From assembly GCA_964352355.1 (NCBI GenBank), contig CAYGRT010000013.1, positions 6,828 to 70,827 of the forward strand: a DNA stretch of 64,000 bases, given 5' to 3'. The notes under the pieces were generated by a model that had not been told where the DNA came from, searched no databases, and saw only the letters and a list, made by a program, of their open reading frames with translations. Positions 56,956 to 64,000 of this stretch are shown piece after piece; positions within the stretch are counted from its first letter, which is position 1; each line of letters starts with the position of its first letter. Position numbers and translations under genes: made by a program. Source of the DNA: an uncultured Pseudohongiella sp. (lineage in GTDB: Bacteria; Pseudomonadota; Gammaproteobacteria; Pseudomonadales; Pseudohongiellaceae).

Positions 56956-57501
56956 TCAGAAAAATCTCATCTTTAGTTCACAATGATCATCGCCATTGTG
57001 CATACATACGGAATGCTCGAGACTATAGTCCTCCTCGAAATAGGTAGCAGCACCATCAATCAAGCCTTCCGAAAGTGCGCATAGTTTTCTCGGCGACTTG
57101 TAGATCATTGTAAGCTTGCTGAGGTCTTCGGCTGCCCCTTTCTCATAGTCAAACGTAGGCAAGCCCGCATCAGGATATAACTTGCGCACCTCGACGTGTA
57201 TCACTCGATCCACTGTCAACAAAAAGTCTCGCAGCGTAGGTTGGCCTGTAAAAAAAACAGGATGGCTTTTTACAAAACTTGGCAGCATAAAGCGACCAAA
57301 GTCTTTAACCAGATCCTTTGCTGGAATCCCACACACGGTTTCTGCTGCGGCAACTAACTTAAACAATTCTTCGTCAGAATAGGTCTCTGTCGTCACATAG
57401 ATACCATCGAGGCCAGCCAGTTCTAGAATTTTCTCCCAGGCCTCAAAACCAAACTTCTCTTCAACCATTTCATTGAGTATATCGAACACTACGCCTTTCA
57501 T
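56956..57501 (-). CDS. hnoX: Haem nitric-oxide/oxygen-binding (H-NOX) sensor protein
   Basis: 181 aa. The N-terminus MKGVVFDILNEMV is typical, the proximal His candidate is H102 (RVIHVEV), and the Y-x-S-x-R haem-propionate motif is Y134-K-S136-P-R138. Confidence 0.85.
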   Translation of the reverse strand: MKGVVFDILNEMVEEKFGFEAWEKILELAGLDGIYVTTETYSDEELFKLVAAAETVCGIPAKDLVKDFGRFMLPSFVKSHPVFFTGQPTLRDFLLTVDRVIHVEVRKLYPDAGLPTFDYEKGAAEDLSKLTMIYKSPRKLCALSEGLIDGAATYFEEDYSLEHSVCMHNGDDHCELKMRFF

Positions 57502-58817
57502 GCTTTCTCCTGATCGGGGTCTTTGCGTTTAACATAGATTGTGAGTTTTTTCTCAATTTGGTTTTCAAGATTCACAATCGTATTAATCACCCCTATAGTT
57601 AACACTCTACCTTTGTTAAGTAATAAAGCGCCTCGCTGCGTGGTTAAGTCTCTCGCCAATTCCATACCCGGTTGCAACATACGGGCTTCGATTAACGCTT
57701 CGACTGCGTGAGTATTTATGTTGTCATGAATCGGCAACACTTTTTTAAATGCCGCCACTACTTGCGGGTCATAAGTCTTCGCTGACAGCGAGAGTATTTC
57801 TTTATACGCCTGCGCGCTGCTTATGGCTTGATCACGCCAACGGCCGCTAATGGCATCGTAATAATCCCGTACGACGGCAACAATTTTTGCAGCGAGTGGA
57901 ATACCCTCCGTTGCCATACGCTCCGGAAAACCGCTGCCTTCATAAGTTTCGTGCTGTGATCGCAGTATTTTTCCAACACTTGCAAGTTCAGGAATATTGA
58001 GCAGAAGACTTTCTGCAAACAGGGGGTGGTGTTTGTATTGCTCCAACTCTTCAGTAGTCATGGCATTCAGTGACTTAGTGGTAAGCCCCCTTGGCAAAGC
58101 ACACCAGCCCAAGCGGTGCAAGCGAGTGGCGCGTCTGAGCACAGTAAGTGCTTGTTCGTCTAGCTTTAACTCTTTGCCAATGCTCAGAGCTAGATCAATT
58201 TTCTTCCGAGTCGATTCGCTTTCATGATGAGGTAACGCAGCAAGGTTAGCCAATAAGTCGACCATAGTTTCATAGCTAGATTCTAGCTGCGCCACGGTTT
58301 CGTTGAGCATTGAATTGGCCGCTTCCAATTCATGGGTACGGGTTTCGACTTGCTCTTCAAGTGCGGCATTTAATTTAATCAACAACGCGTTTTGTTCAGC
58401 ATTTACTTGAACCAGCTTTTCGTTTTCTACTTCGAGTCGAGATACTCGGATGGCTCTAGTCACCACTTCCCGTAGATGCTCGCCCTCCCAAGGTTTAGTC
58501 AAATAGTTAGATACACCTCCGCCATTAATGGCATCGATAGCGGACTCCATGTCTGCAAAGCCTGTGAGCAATATCCGCTGCGTGTGCGGCTGAATCTTTC
58601 TCGCCTCGCCTAAAAATTCTGCACCCGTCATACCCGGCATTTTCATGTCGGTCAAAATCACATCGATGGTTTTATTTGACATGATTTGCAAGGCGCCAGA
58701 CCCACTGCTGGCCGTCAACACCTCAGCATCAAGTGAATGAAGAGTGCGCACGATGGCGCTAAGCACGTTTTGCTCATCATCCACAGCAAGTATTGTTGCC
58801 TTCTGCGCTTCAGACAT
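57498..58817 (-). CDS. hnoD: Response regulator with a degenerate HD-GYP domain (HnoD-like)
   Basis: The ATG at 58817 overlaps the upstream stop (ATGTCTGA). REC motifs ILAVDDE...ILTDMKMPG. In the HD-GYP region LHRLGW replaces LHDIGK and QHETYEGSGFP replaces HHERWDGSGYP. Confidence 0.75.
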   Translation of the reverse strand: MSEAQKATILAVDDEQNVLSAIVRTLHSLDAEVLTASSGSGALQIMSNKTIDVILTDMKMPGMTGAEFLGEARKIQPHTQRILLTGFADMESAIDAINGGGVSNYLTKPWEGEHLREVVTRAIRVSRLEVENEKLVQVNAEQNALLIKLNAALEEQVETRTHELEAANSMLNETVAQLESSYETMVDLLANLAALPHHESESTRKKIDLALSIGKELKLDEQALTVLRRATRLHRLGWCALPRGLTTKSLNAMTTEELEQYKHHPLFAESLLLNIPELASVGKILRSQHETYEGSGFPERMATEGIPLAAKIVAVVRDYYDAISGRWRDQAISSAQAYKEILSLSAKTYDPQVVAAFKKVLPIHDNINTHAVEALIEARMLQPGMELARDLTTQRGALLLNKGRVLTIGVINTIVNLENQIEKKLTIYVKRKDPDQEKA

Positions 58818-60456
58818 AGCGCTGCCCACTGAGAGTTTGAGCAAGGTCATCGACGCCCATGGGCTTGTAGAATGCATAGCCCTGTATCATGTCGAACCCG
58901 AGTTGCGTGCAGAAATCAATTTGATAACTGGTTTCTACCCCTTCTGCCACCGTCTCAAGCGATAGCTCCTTTGCCATATTCGCTAAGTGCGTGACCAGCG
59001 TTTTACTCTTGTGATCGGTTTCCACATGCTGAATGAGACTGCGATCAAATTTTAGAACATCAATGGGAAGTTTATTTAATTGGGCTAACGACGAATGGCC
59101 GGTACCGAAGTCATCGAGGGCAATTCGTGCGCCGATGGCTTTCAGTTGAGACAGTATTTGCAAAGCTCGGTGAGGATCCGTCATCACCGCCGATTCGGTC
59201 ACTTCGAGTTCTAACCGGCTAATGGCTTGGGGATACTCGCGAGCAAACTGCTCAATGTATGCAAGCCAGGCAGTATTCATTTCAGAGTAAATCAGTTGCA
59301 CGGGAGAGACATTGAAGCTCACTCGCACATTATCGATTTGCATATCTAGAATTCGACGCAGTACATTAGTGGTCTCTCGCATCACCCAAAAGCCCATCTG
59401 ATTAATGAACCCTGTCCGCTCAGCAATATCGATAAATTTAAACGGCGCCACTAAGCCAAATTCTTTGTGTTGCCAGCGAATAAGCGCCTCTGCACCTTCG
59501 ACACGATGACTGCGCGCATTCACCTGCGGCTGCAGCATCAGAAAAAACTCATCACTGGACAGCGCCTGCTGCATGTCTCGCTCTAGCTGCTCTCGCATTC
59601 GCAAATCAACCGCAGTTTTAGCGGTGAACCCCGCAACAGAATACTGAGCTTTATAGTCTACCGAGTTCAAAGCAATCATGGCGCGGTCAATAACTTTACT
59701 GCCCTTGTTATCTGCCAGCGAAGAAGCGCAGTAACCTAGGCCCACTTGAATCGCCACCAGCCGCGAATCGATTTCCAGCGGCAAAGACAGTCGATCAGCA
59801 AGCTCTATAAGCTGCTGCTCAGGCAGGTCGGCACGGGTAGCGAATGCTATCAAGCCCGCTTCAAAACTCGCCATTGGCACCAAGAGTTCACAGACCTCAG
59901 CGCATCGTCGTTCAATTTCATTGGCCATTGTTTGCCTTTCCCGAGGCTGCAATGAACCCCAAGTGGCTGACGCATTACGTAGCTCCCCTACGACAACCAT
60001 CGCGCGGCGATCGGAAATACACTGGGTCAATCGGTCGGTAAAACTTTTCTTAGTCAACCAACCGGTTGTGGCATCTAATTTTGAAGACAAAGCCAACTCA
60101 GCCGCTTCTCGCACCACGTTGCGAAGATTAGTATCGGACCATGGCTTGCTGATGAACTTAAAAATATTGCCTTCATTGATGGCATCCACCATCACATCCA
60201 TATCTGCCTCACCGCTGAGCATGAGGCGCACTGTGTGGGGATGGCGTTTGCTCACCTCTGCGAGAAATTTCACCCCAGTCATTTCCGGCATACGATGGTC
60301 GCTGACGACCACATCGATAGGGTTTGCATCCAAGGTAGTTAAAGCGGCAGTGGCATCGGTGGCGGTATAGACAATGTATTTGTCTTTATGCAGCACACGC
60401 CGGATGGAGCTGATGATGTTGGGTTCATCATCTACGATGAGAAGACTGCAATGCAT
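58810..60456 (-). CDS. hnoB: Response regulator with a degenerate GGDEF domain and an intact EAL c-di-GMP phosphodiesterase domain (HnoB-like)
   Basis: REC motifs LLIVDDE...VVSDHRMPE. In the GGDEF-like domain SFEAGLIAF replaces R.GGDEF. EAL motifs EALIRW, FNVSP, ELEVTES, DDFGTGHSSL, KFDRSL, EGVET and QGYAFYKP are all present. Confidence 0.8.
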   Translation of the reverse strand: MHCSLLIVDDEPNIISSIRRVLHKDKYIVYTATDATAALTTLDANPIDVVVSDHRMPEMTGVKFLAEVSKRHPHTVRLMLSGEADMDVMVDAINEGNIFKFISKPWSDTNLRNVVREAAELALSSKLDATTGWLTKKSFTDRLTQCISDRRAMVVVGELRNASATWGSLQPRERQTMANEIERRCAEVCELLVPMASFEAGLIAFATRADLPEQQLIELADRLSLPLEIDSRLVAIQVGLGYCASSLADNKGSKVIDRAMIALNSVDYKAQYSVAGFTAKTAVDLRMREQLERDMQQALSSDEFFLMLQPQVNARSHRVEGAEALIRWQHKEFGLVAPFKFIDIAERTGFINQMGFWVMRETTNVLRRILDMQIDNVRVSFNVSPVQLIYSEMNTAWLAYIEQFAREYPQAISRLELEVTESAVMTDPHRALQILSQLKAIGARIALDDFGTGHSSLAQLNKLPIDVLKFDRSLIQHVETDHKSKTLVTHLANMAKELSLETVAEGVETSYQIDFCTQLGFDMIQGYAFYKPMGVDDLAQTLSGQRYV

Positions 60457-60601
60457 GGCAGATCCTTTGCCAGATTAATAGAGCGTTTGTGTAAGTTTAG
60501 TAGAGGTTTATTGGAATACCAGCGAAGTCACATCTCTTAGAGGCTGCGTGTTTGTGGCGAAACCCACATAGATCTGAGAGTTAGGGTGGCGCTGCTAAAG
60601 G

Positions 60602-61237
60602 CTAAGACAGCCCTGGAAGGAGCACCTTGAGCCCACCAACAACGAACTCGACGCCAATGGCTGCGAGAATTAAACCCATCACGCGAGTCGTCACATTCAT
60701 CCCAGTTTGACTCATGCGGTCCCCGATTTGAGGTGCATAGTGAAGTATCAACCAACAGGCAAAAGCCACCAATTGGCAGACAACAAAGAGCCCTACTTTA
60801 GCGACATAGGTGTCTGCTTGGTTGCTGAACAAGATCACCGTACTGATGGCGCCGGGGCCTGCCAGCAATGGCATGGCGATAGGGACCACGGCCACAGTCT
60901 TACTATCAACGGCTTCTTCGTCCTCTTCTGGGGTGTGCCGAATACGCCCCCGCCGCGCCTCTAGCATGCCGAAGGCAATGGTCATCAACAATATACCGCC
61001 AGCAACCCGAAATGCATCGACACTGATGCCAAAGAAATTCATGATAGATTGGCCCAGCAGCATAGCCACCGTAAAAATCACCGCAACGGCAATCGCCGCA
61101 GATCTTGCGACTGCGTTACGTTCAAAACGAATATTCGCCGTGTAGCTCAAGTAAAGCGGTATTACGCTAATTGGGCTAATAATGGCAAATAAGCCAATAA
61201 ACATCTGGATGTATGAATTCCAGTTGATAGGTTCCAT
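60602..61237 (-). CDS. marC: MarC-family (UPF0056) integral membrane protein
   Basis: 211 aa with 6 TM helices. The N-terminus FIGLFAIISPISVIPLYL is typical of the MarC family. Confidence 0.7.
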   Translation of the reverse strand: MEPINWNSYIQMFIGLFAIISPISVIPLYLSYTANIRFERNAVARSAAIAVAVIFTVAMLLGQSIMNFFGISVDAFRVAGGILLMTIAFGMLEARRGRIRHTPEEDEEAVDSKTVAVVPIAMPLLAGPGAISTVILFSNQADTYVAKVGLFVVCQLVAFACWLILHYAPQIGDRMSQTGMNVTTRVMGLILAAIGVEFVVGGLKVLLPGLS

Positions 61238-61429
61238 AGACTGCCGTTGCTTAGTACAGGGTGAATTGGGCGCGCATTATACAAACATAGCGCCAGATGA
61301 ACAGCTTACAATTCAAGCAAGGGGCGATCAACCAAGCGATTGTCCAAAGTTTGGGCAAAGATCACCTGAAACACAGGCACTGGCGACAGAGAATTTGCAT
61401 TGCGACTGCCATAGACTCGCAGCGCTTTG

Positions 61430-61828
61430 TCAGTTCGCTAGGGCTTCGGCTGATTGGTTGTCTTTGATGCGGGCGACTAACAAAGACAATCTAGCGAGGT
61501 CTTCGGTTAGAAGGTATTTCTCAATGAGGCTGCGAATGGCCGGAGAGTAGCCCAGAGCTGACATTTTTTGATTCGCCCAAACAGCCAATGTTGGCGTCAC
61601 CACAATGCTGCCAGGCACAATACCTTGCGCCAGCTCCATCGGTACGGCAAAGACTTTACTAAAGCACTCGCACTCAGGTTGCTCAAGGGCAATCCATGAA
61701 AATTTGATTCCGTTTCCTGGGTTTTGATCGTCAATTTTTGCCAACCTTGCTGCTCCCGGTATTAACTCTGAAACACTAGACTTGTCAGCATGTTTTAGAC
61801 TTCTAGGGCCCCTGTCAAAGGATTCCAT
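61430..61828 (-). CDS. Hypothetical protein
   Basis: 132-aa ORF transcribed divergently from the KAS III-like gene. No family recognised with confidence. Confidence 0.4.
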   Translation of the reverse strand: MESFDRGPRSLKHADKSSVSELIPGAARLAKIDDQNPGNGIKFSWIALEQPECECFSKVFAVPMELAQGIVPGSIVVTPTLAVWANQKMSALGYSPAIRSLIEKYLLTEDLARLSLLVARIKDNQSAEALAN

Positions 61829-61934
61829 GTACTATTTTTCATGACCAAATCGCTCCAGAGTGGTTTACTGAATGACCTTGAAGTTAAAGGGTAGGTACAA
61901 GGCTGCCCAATGTTGGGCAGCGTCAAAAATCTCC

Positions 61935-61952
61935 GTGACCAAATTCGGTCAC
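61935..61952. promoter_or_regulatory. Candidate operator palindrome in a divergent promoter region
   Basis: GTGACC-AAATTC-GGTCAC, a perfect 6-bp inverted repeat 37 nt upstream of the ATG at 61989. The 9-mer TGACCAAAT recurs at 61842-61850, and a further TGACC lies at 61873-61877. Confidence 0.3.
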
Positions 61953-61988
61953 TTAAATTAACCGATTGATTAGAAAGGTTTTATTGCT

Positions 61989-62993
61989 ATGGCTCATGCA
62001 AAGATATTGTCGACTGCGGCTTTTCATCCTGCGCAAGAAGTTTCAACTTCGGAGCGTGTTAAAGATTCTGGGCTTACTGAGTTTGGCGTGTTGCCTTCCT
62101 TGGTGGCTGACAAATTAGGCATTACCCATGTTCGGCAAGCCGATCCCGATGTAGCTCCCTCAGATTTGGCGGCGGCTGCCTCGCGCATCGCGCTGGATAA
62201 GGCGGGCCTAAAACCCACAGATATAGATGCCATTGTGTTTTGCGGTATCACTCGGGATATGGTGGAACCGTCAACCGCCTGCATCACTGGCCAGAAACTG
62301 GGTGTCGGTACGCCCAACCTAAAATTAGCCCCCGATATCACCAGCGCGTGTCATGGCTTTACCGCCGCGATGCAACTGGCCAATGCCATGATTGCTACTC
62401 ATCAATGGCAGAGAGTGCTGCTTTGCACTGGTGAGCAAAATAGCTCCCGTCTGGCCCGCATCGCTCAAGATATTAAGTCCGGCAAATATACGGCGGAGAA
62501 AGCCATCGACATCGTCGGCTTTTTTTCCTGCGGTGATGTAGGCGCGGCCATGGTGTTAGGGCCATCGGATGATGAACGGGGCCTTGTTTACATGCGCTCG
62601 GCAACCAATCCAGAGTTCGCCAATGCTTGCCACATGGGCTCGTGGGGAGACGAAAATCACTGCTCCATGAATATGGAACAAATTTGCAACGAAACTATTA
62701 ATCTGGTGAAAAGCATGCGCCCACGGGAAATATACGCCCAATTAGGATGGAATGTGGCCGAGATCGATATGCTAGTGCAGCATCAAGTAGGACAATTGCC
62801 CTATCTAGCTGGCTCTCGAGTATTTAATATACCGGTACGCAAGTGTCCAAAGATCTTCGAACGCTATGGCAATTTAACCAGCGCCTCGATCCCAGCGACC
62901 TTGGATCAATGCGATTTGAAAGAGGGGCAGCGAATAATGACTAGCTCCACCGGCAGCGGTATTGCCGCCTCGCAGTGGGCCTATGTAGTTTAG
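61989..62993 (+). CDS. 3-oxoacyl-ACP synthase III (KAS III / FabH-like) family condensing enzyme
   Basis: Cys-His-Asn triad candidates lie in TSACHGF, LVQHQVG and YGNLTSASIP. These motifs diverge from housekeeping FabH (ACxGF / HQAN / GNTSAAS). Confidence 0.7.
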   Translation: MAHAKILSTAAFHPAQEVSTSERVKDSGLTEFGVLPSLVADKLGITHVRQADPDVAPSDLAAAASRIALDKAGLKPTDIDAIVFCGITRDMVEPSTACITGQKLGVGTPNLKLAPDITSACHGFTAAMQLANAMIATHQWQRVLLCTGEQNSSRLARIAQDIKSGKYTAEKAIDIVGFFSCGDVGAAMVLGPSDDERGLVYMRSATNPEFANACHMGSWGDENHCSMNMEQICNETINLVKSMRPREIYAQLGWNVAEIDMLVQHQVGQLPYLAGSRVFNIPVRKCPKIFERYGNLTSASIPATLDQCDLKEGQRIMTSSTGSGIAASQWAYVV

Positions 62994-63065
62994 GGCTTGA
63001 AGGTGAGGCGGTTTCTGTTAGTCTTGTGCTTTGACGTTTATAAACAATAACTTAAATAAAAACAG

Positions 63066-63965
63066 ATGAACTCATATTATTGGTTAGGTTTAGTAGGCGC
63101 TGCTGCGGCTATCACACAGGGGTGGATGCTTTATAAAGCGAGATCCCATACCACTCTTTCGTCCGCATTTACTCTATTGACATTGATTTTGATTTTGCAG
63201 CACTCGTTAGAGTTTGTGATTTCACTCTTGTTGGTCAACAACCCCGCAGCCATCACGCCGTTCATGCATCTCTTTATGGCAACGCTCTATTTTATGACCC
63301 TCGCCATGGTCAACGTGGTGCGCTGCGTGGTGAATTCCAAGCCGGCAGACATTGCCTTTAAGATGTTAGCGTTAATGACTGCAGGCATTATGCTGCTCCA
63401 TATCAATGGGCAGCTGTTTGCTGCGTTTACCCTTACTAAATACTCTGTCATTAGCACGCCAGGGCCTTATCAGGGTATATGGTATATGTACGCCGCCGTT
63501 TTGCTGACGGCTATCGTTGGCATTTTGCTCAGCGGCGTGTTTGCTGACAACAAAGAAACTCAGCGTCACTCGTGGGTTGCAATAAAAGCGCTGTCTCCGC
63601 TGCTAATCTGCAGCATGTCCGTAGTGATTCTGCGCCAGCTTGGCTATCAAGCGTCTACTGCAATTGTTCTGCCTATTGCGTCTACCCTCATGCTTGCCAT
63701 TTTAATGCTGGAAGAGAAGAACGAATTTCTTGTGTTTGAAGAGAACTTAAAAGACCAATGGGCAAGGTTTGTGATTAAGCTGAGAGTGGGCAGCTATGTA
63801 CTATTGCATTGGCACGGGACTGACCGCAAAGAGCTGCTAAAAACCATTGATTCGATTCTTGTCTCTGGCGCAATGAAGAGAAAGAAAACTACCATTGATG
63901 CCGCTGAGTTTTTGAATATACCACGCAATACGCTCAATAATATTCGGCAGAAAAACGCCGGCTAA
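63066..63965 (+). CDS. Polytopic membrane protein with a C-terminal Fis-type helix-turn-helix
   Basis: About 200 aa of TM helices, then the C-terminal sequence TIDAAEFLNIPRNTLNNIRQKN, which resembles the HTH_8 motif (AA..LGISR.TLYRKLK). Confidence 0.55.
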   Translation: MNSYYWLGLVGAAAAITQGWMLYKARSHTTLSSAFTLLTLILILQHSLEFVISLLLVNNPAAITPFMHLFMATLYFMTLAMVNVVRCVVNSKPADIAFKMLALMTAGIMLLHINGQLFAAFTLTKYSVISTPGPYQGIWYMYAAVLLTAIVGILLSGVFADNKETQRHSWVAIKALSPLLICSMSVVILRQLGYQASTAIVLPIASTLMLAILMLEEKNEFLVFEENLKDQWARFVIKLRVGSYVLLHWHGTDRKELLKTIDSILVSGAMKRKKTTIDAAEFLNIPRNTLNNIRQKNAG

Positions 63966-64000
63966 ATTGGGTGTCTGTCCCGGGCGTATTACTTTAATCG

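Noticed and set aside
1-64000. Search by eye for CRISPR repeats, tRNA/rRNA genes, IS elements, integrases, phage genes, toxin-antitoxin pairs or known defence-system genes.
   Set aside because: I saw no repeat-spacer periodicity. No transposase, integrase or recombinase-like ORF appears in the six-frame track, and there are no long non-coding stretches. The window looks like core chromosome, so I do not claim a defence or mobile system.

Overview
This window reads as ordinary chromosomal DNA from a Gammaproteobacterium with marine-type gene content; that taxonomic guess is an inference from gene content only. It is densely packed with about 50 protein-coding genes. I saw no rRNA, tRNA or CRISPR array, and no transposase, integrase or phage genes, so nothing marks it as a mobile or defence island.

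Gene content falls into five groups:
- Secreted or periplasmic hydrolases: an M20 peptidase, a PHB-depolymerase-type esterase, a DmpA/S58 peptidase, an alpha/beta hydrolase, a PETase/cutinase-like polyester hydrolase and an S46 dipeptidyl-peptidase.
- Periplasmic redox enzymes: two PQQ dehydrogenases with a di-haem cytochrome c, a haem-c-fused PHM/DBH-like copper monooxygenase, a NosR-like FMN/FeS membrane protein, Prx5, Grx and a Tat-exported DAAO-like flavoprotein.
- Signalling proteins: three large hybrid histidine kinases and a four-gene H-NOX nitric-oxide/c-di-GMP operon.
- Envelope biogenesis: TamA/TamB, a second Omp85 paralog and an MscS channel.
- Housekeeping genes: rlmA, rlmI, grxC, a quinone oxidoreductase and an acyl-CoA carboxyltransferase.

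The observations most worth follow-up are:
1. A DAAO-type flavoprotein whose motif order indicates a circular permutation, carrying a Tat-lipoprotein signal.
2. A PETase/cutinase-like serine hydrolase transcribed divergently from a cytochrome c / PQQ alcohol dehydrogenase operon. That dehydrogenase carries the D-x-D signature of lanthanide-dependent enzymes.
3. A c-haem domain fused to a PHM/DBH-like copper monooxygenase, lying beside an orphan NosR-like electron-transfer protein.
4. A translationally coupled membrane-protein/membrane-GTPase pair of unknown function, preceded by a 7TM-PAS protein.
5. A compact hnoB-hnoD-hnoX-hnoK operon with a degenerate HD-GYP domain.

All functional calls come from reading motifs by eye in the supplied translations. 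No database search was run, so family names are recognition-based hypotheses.
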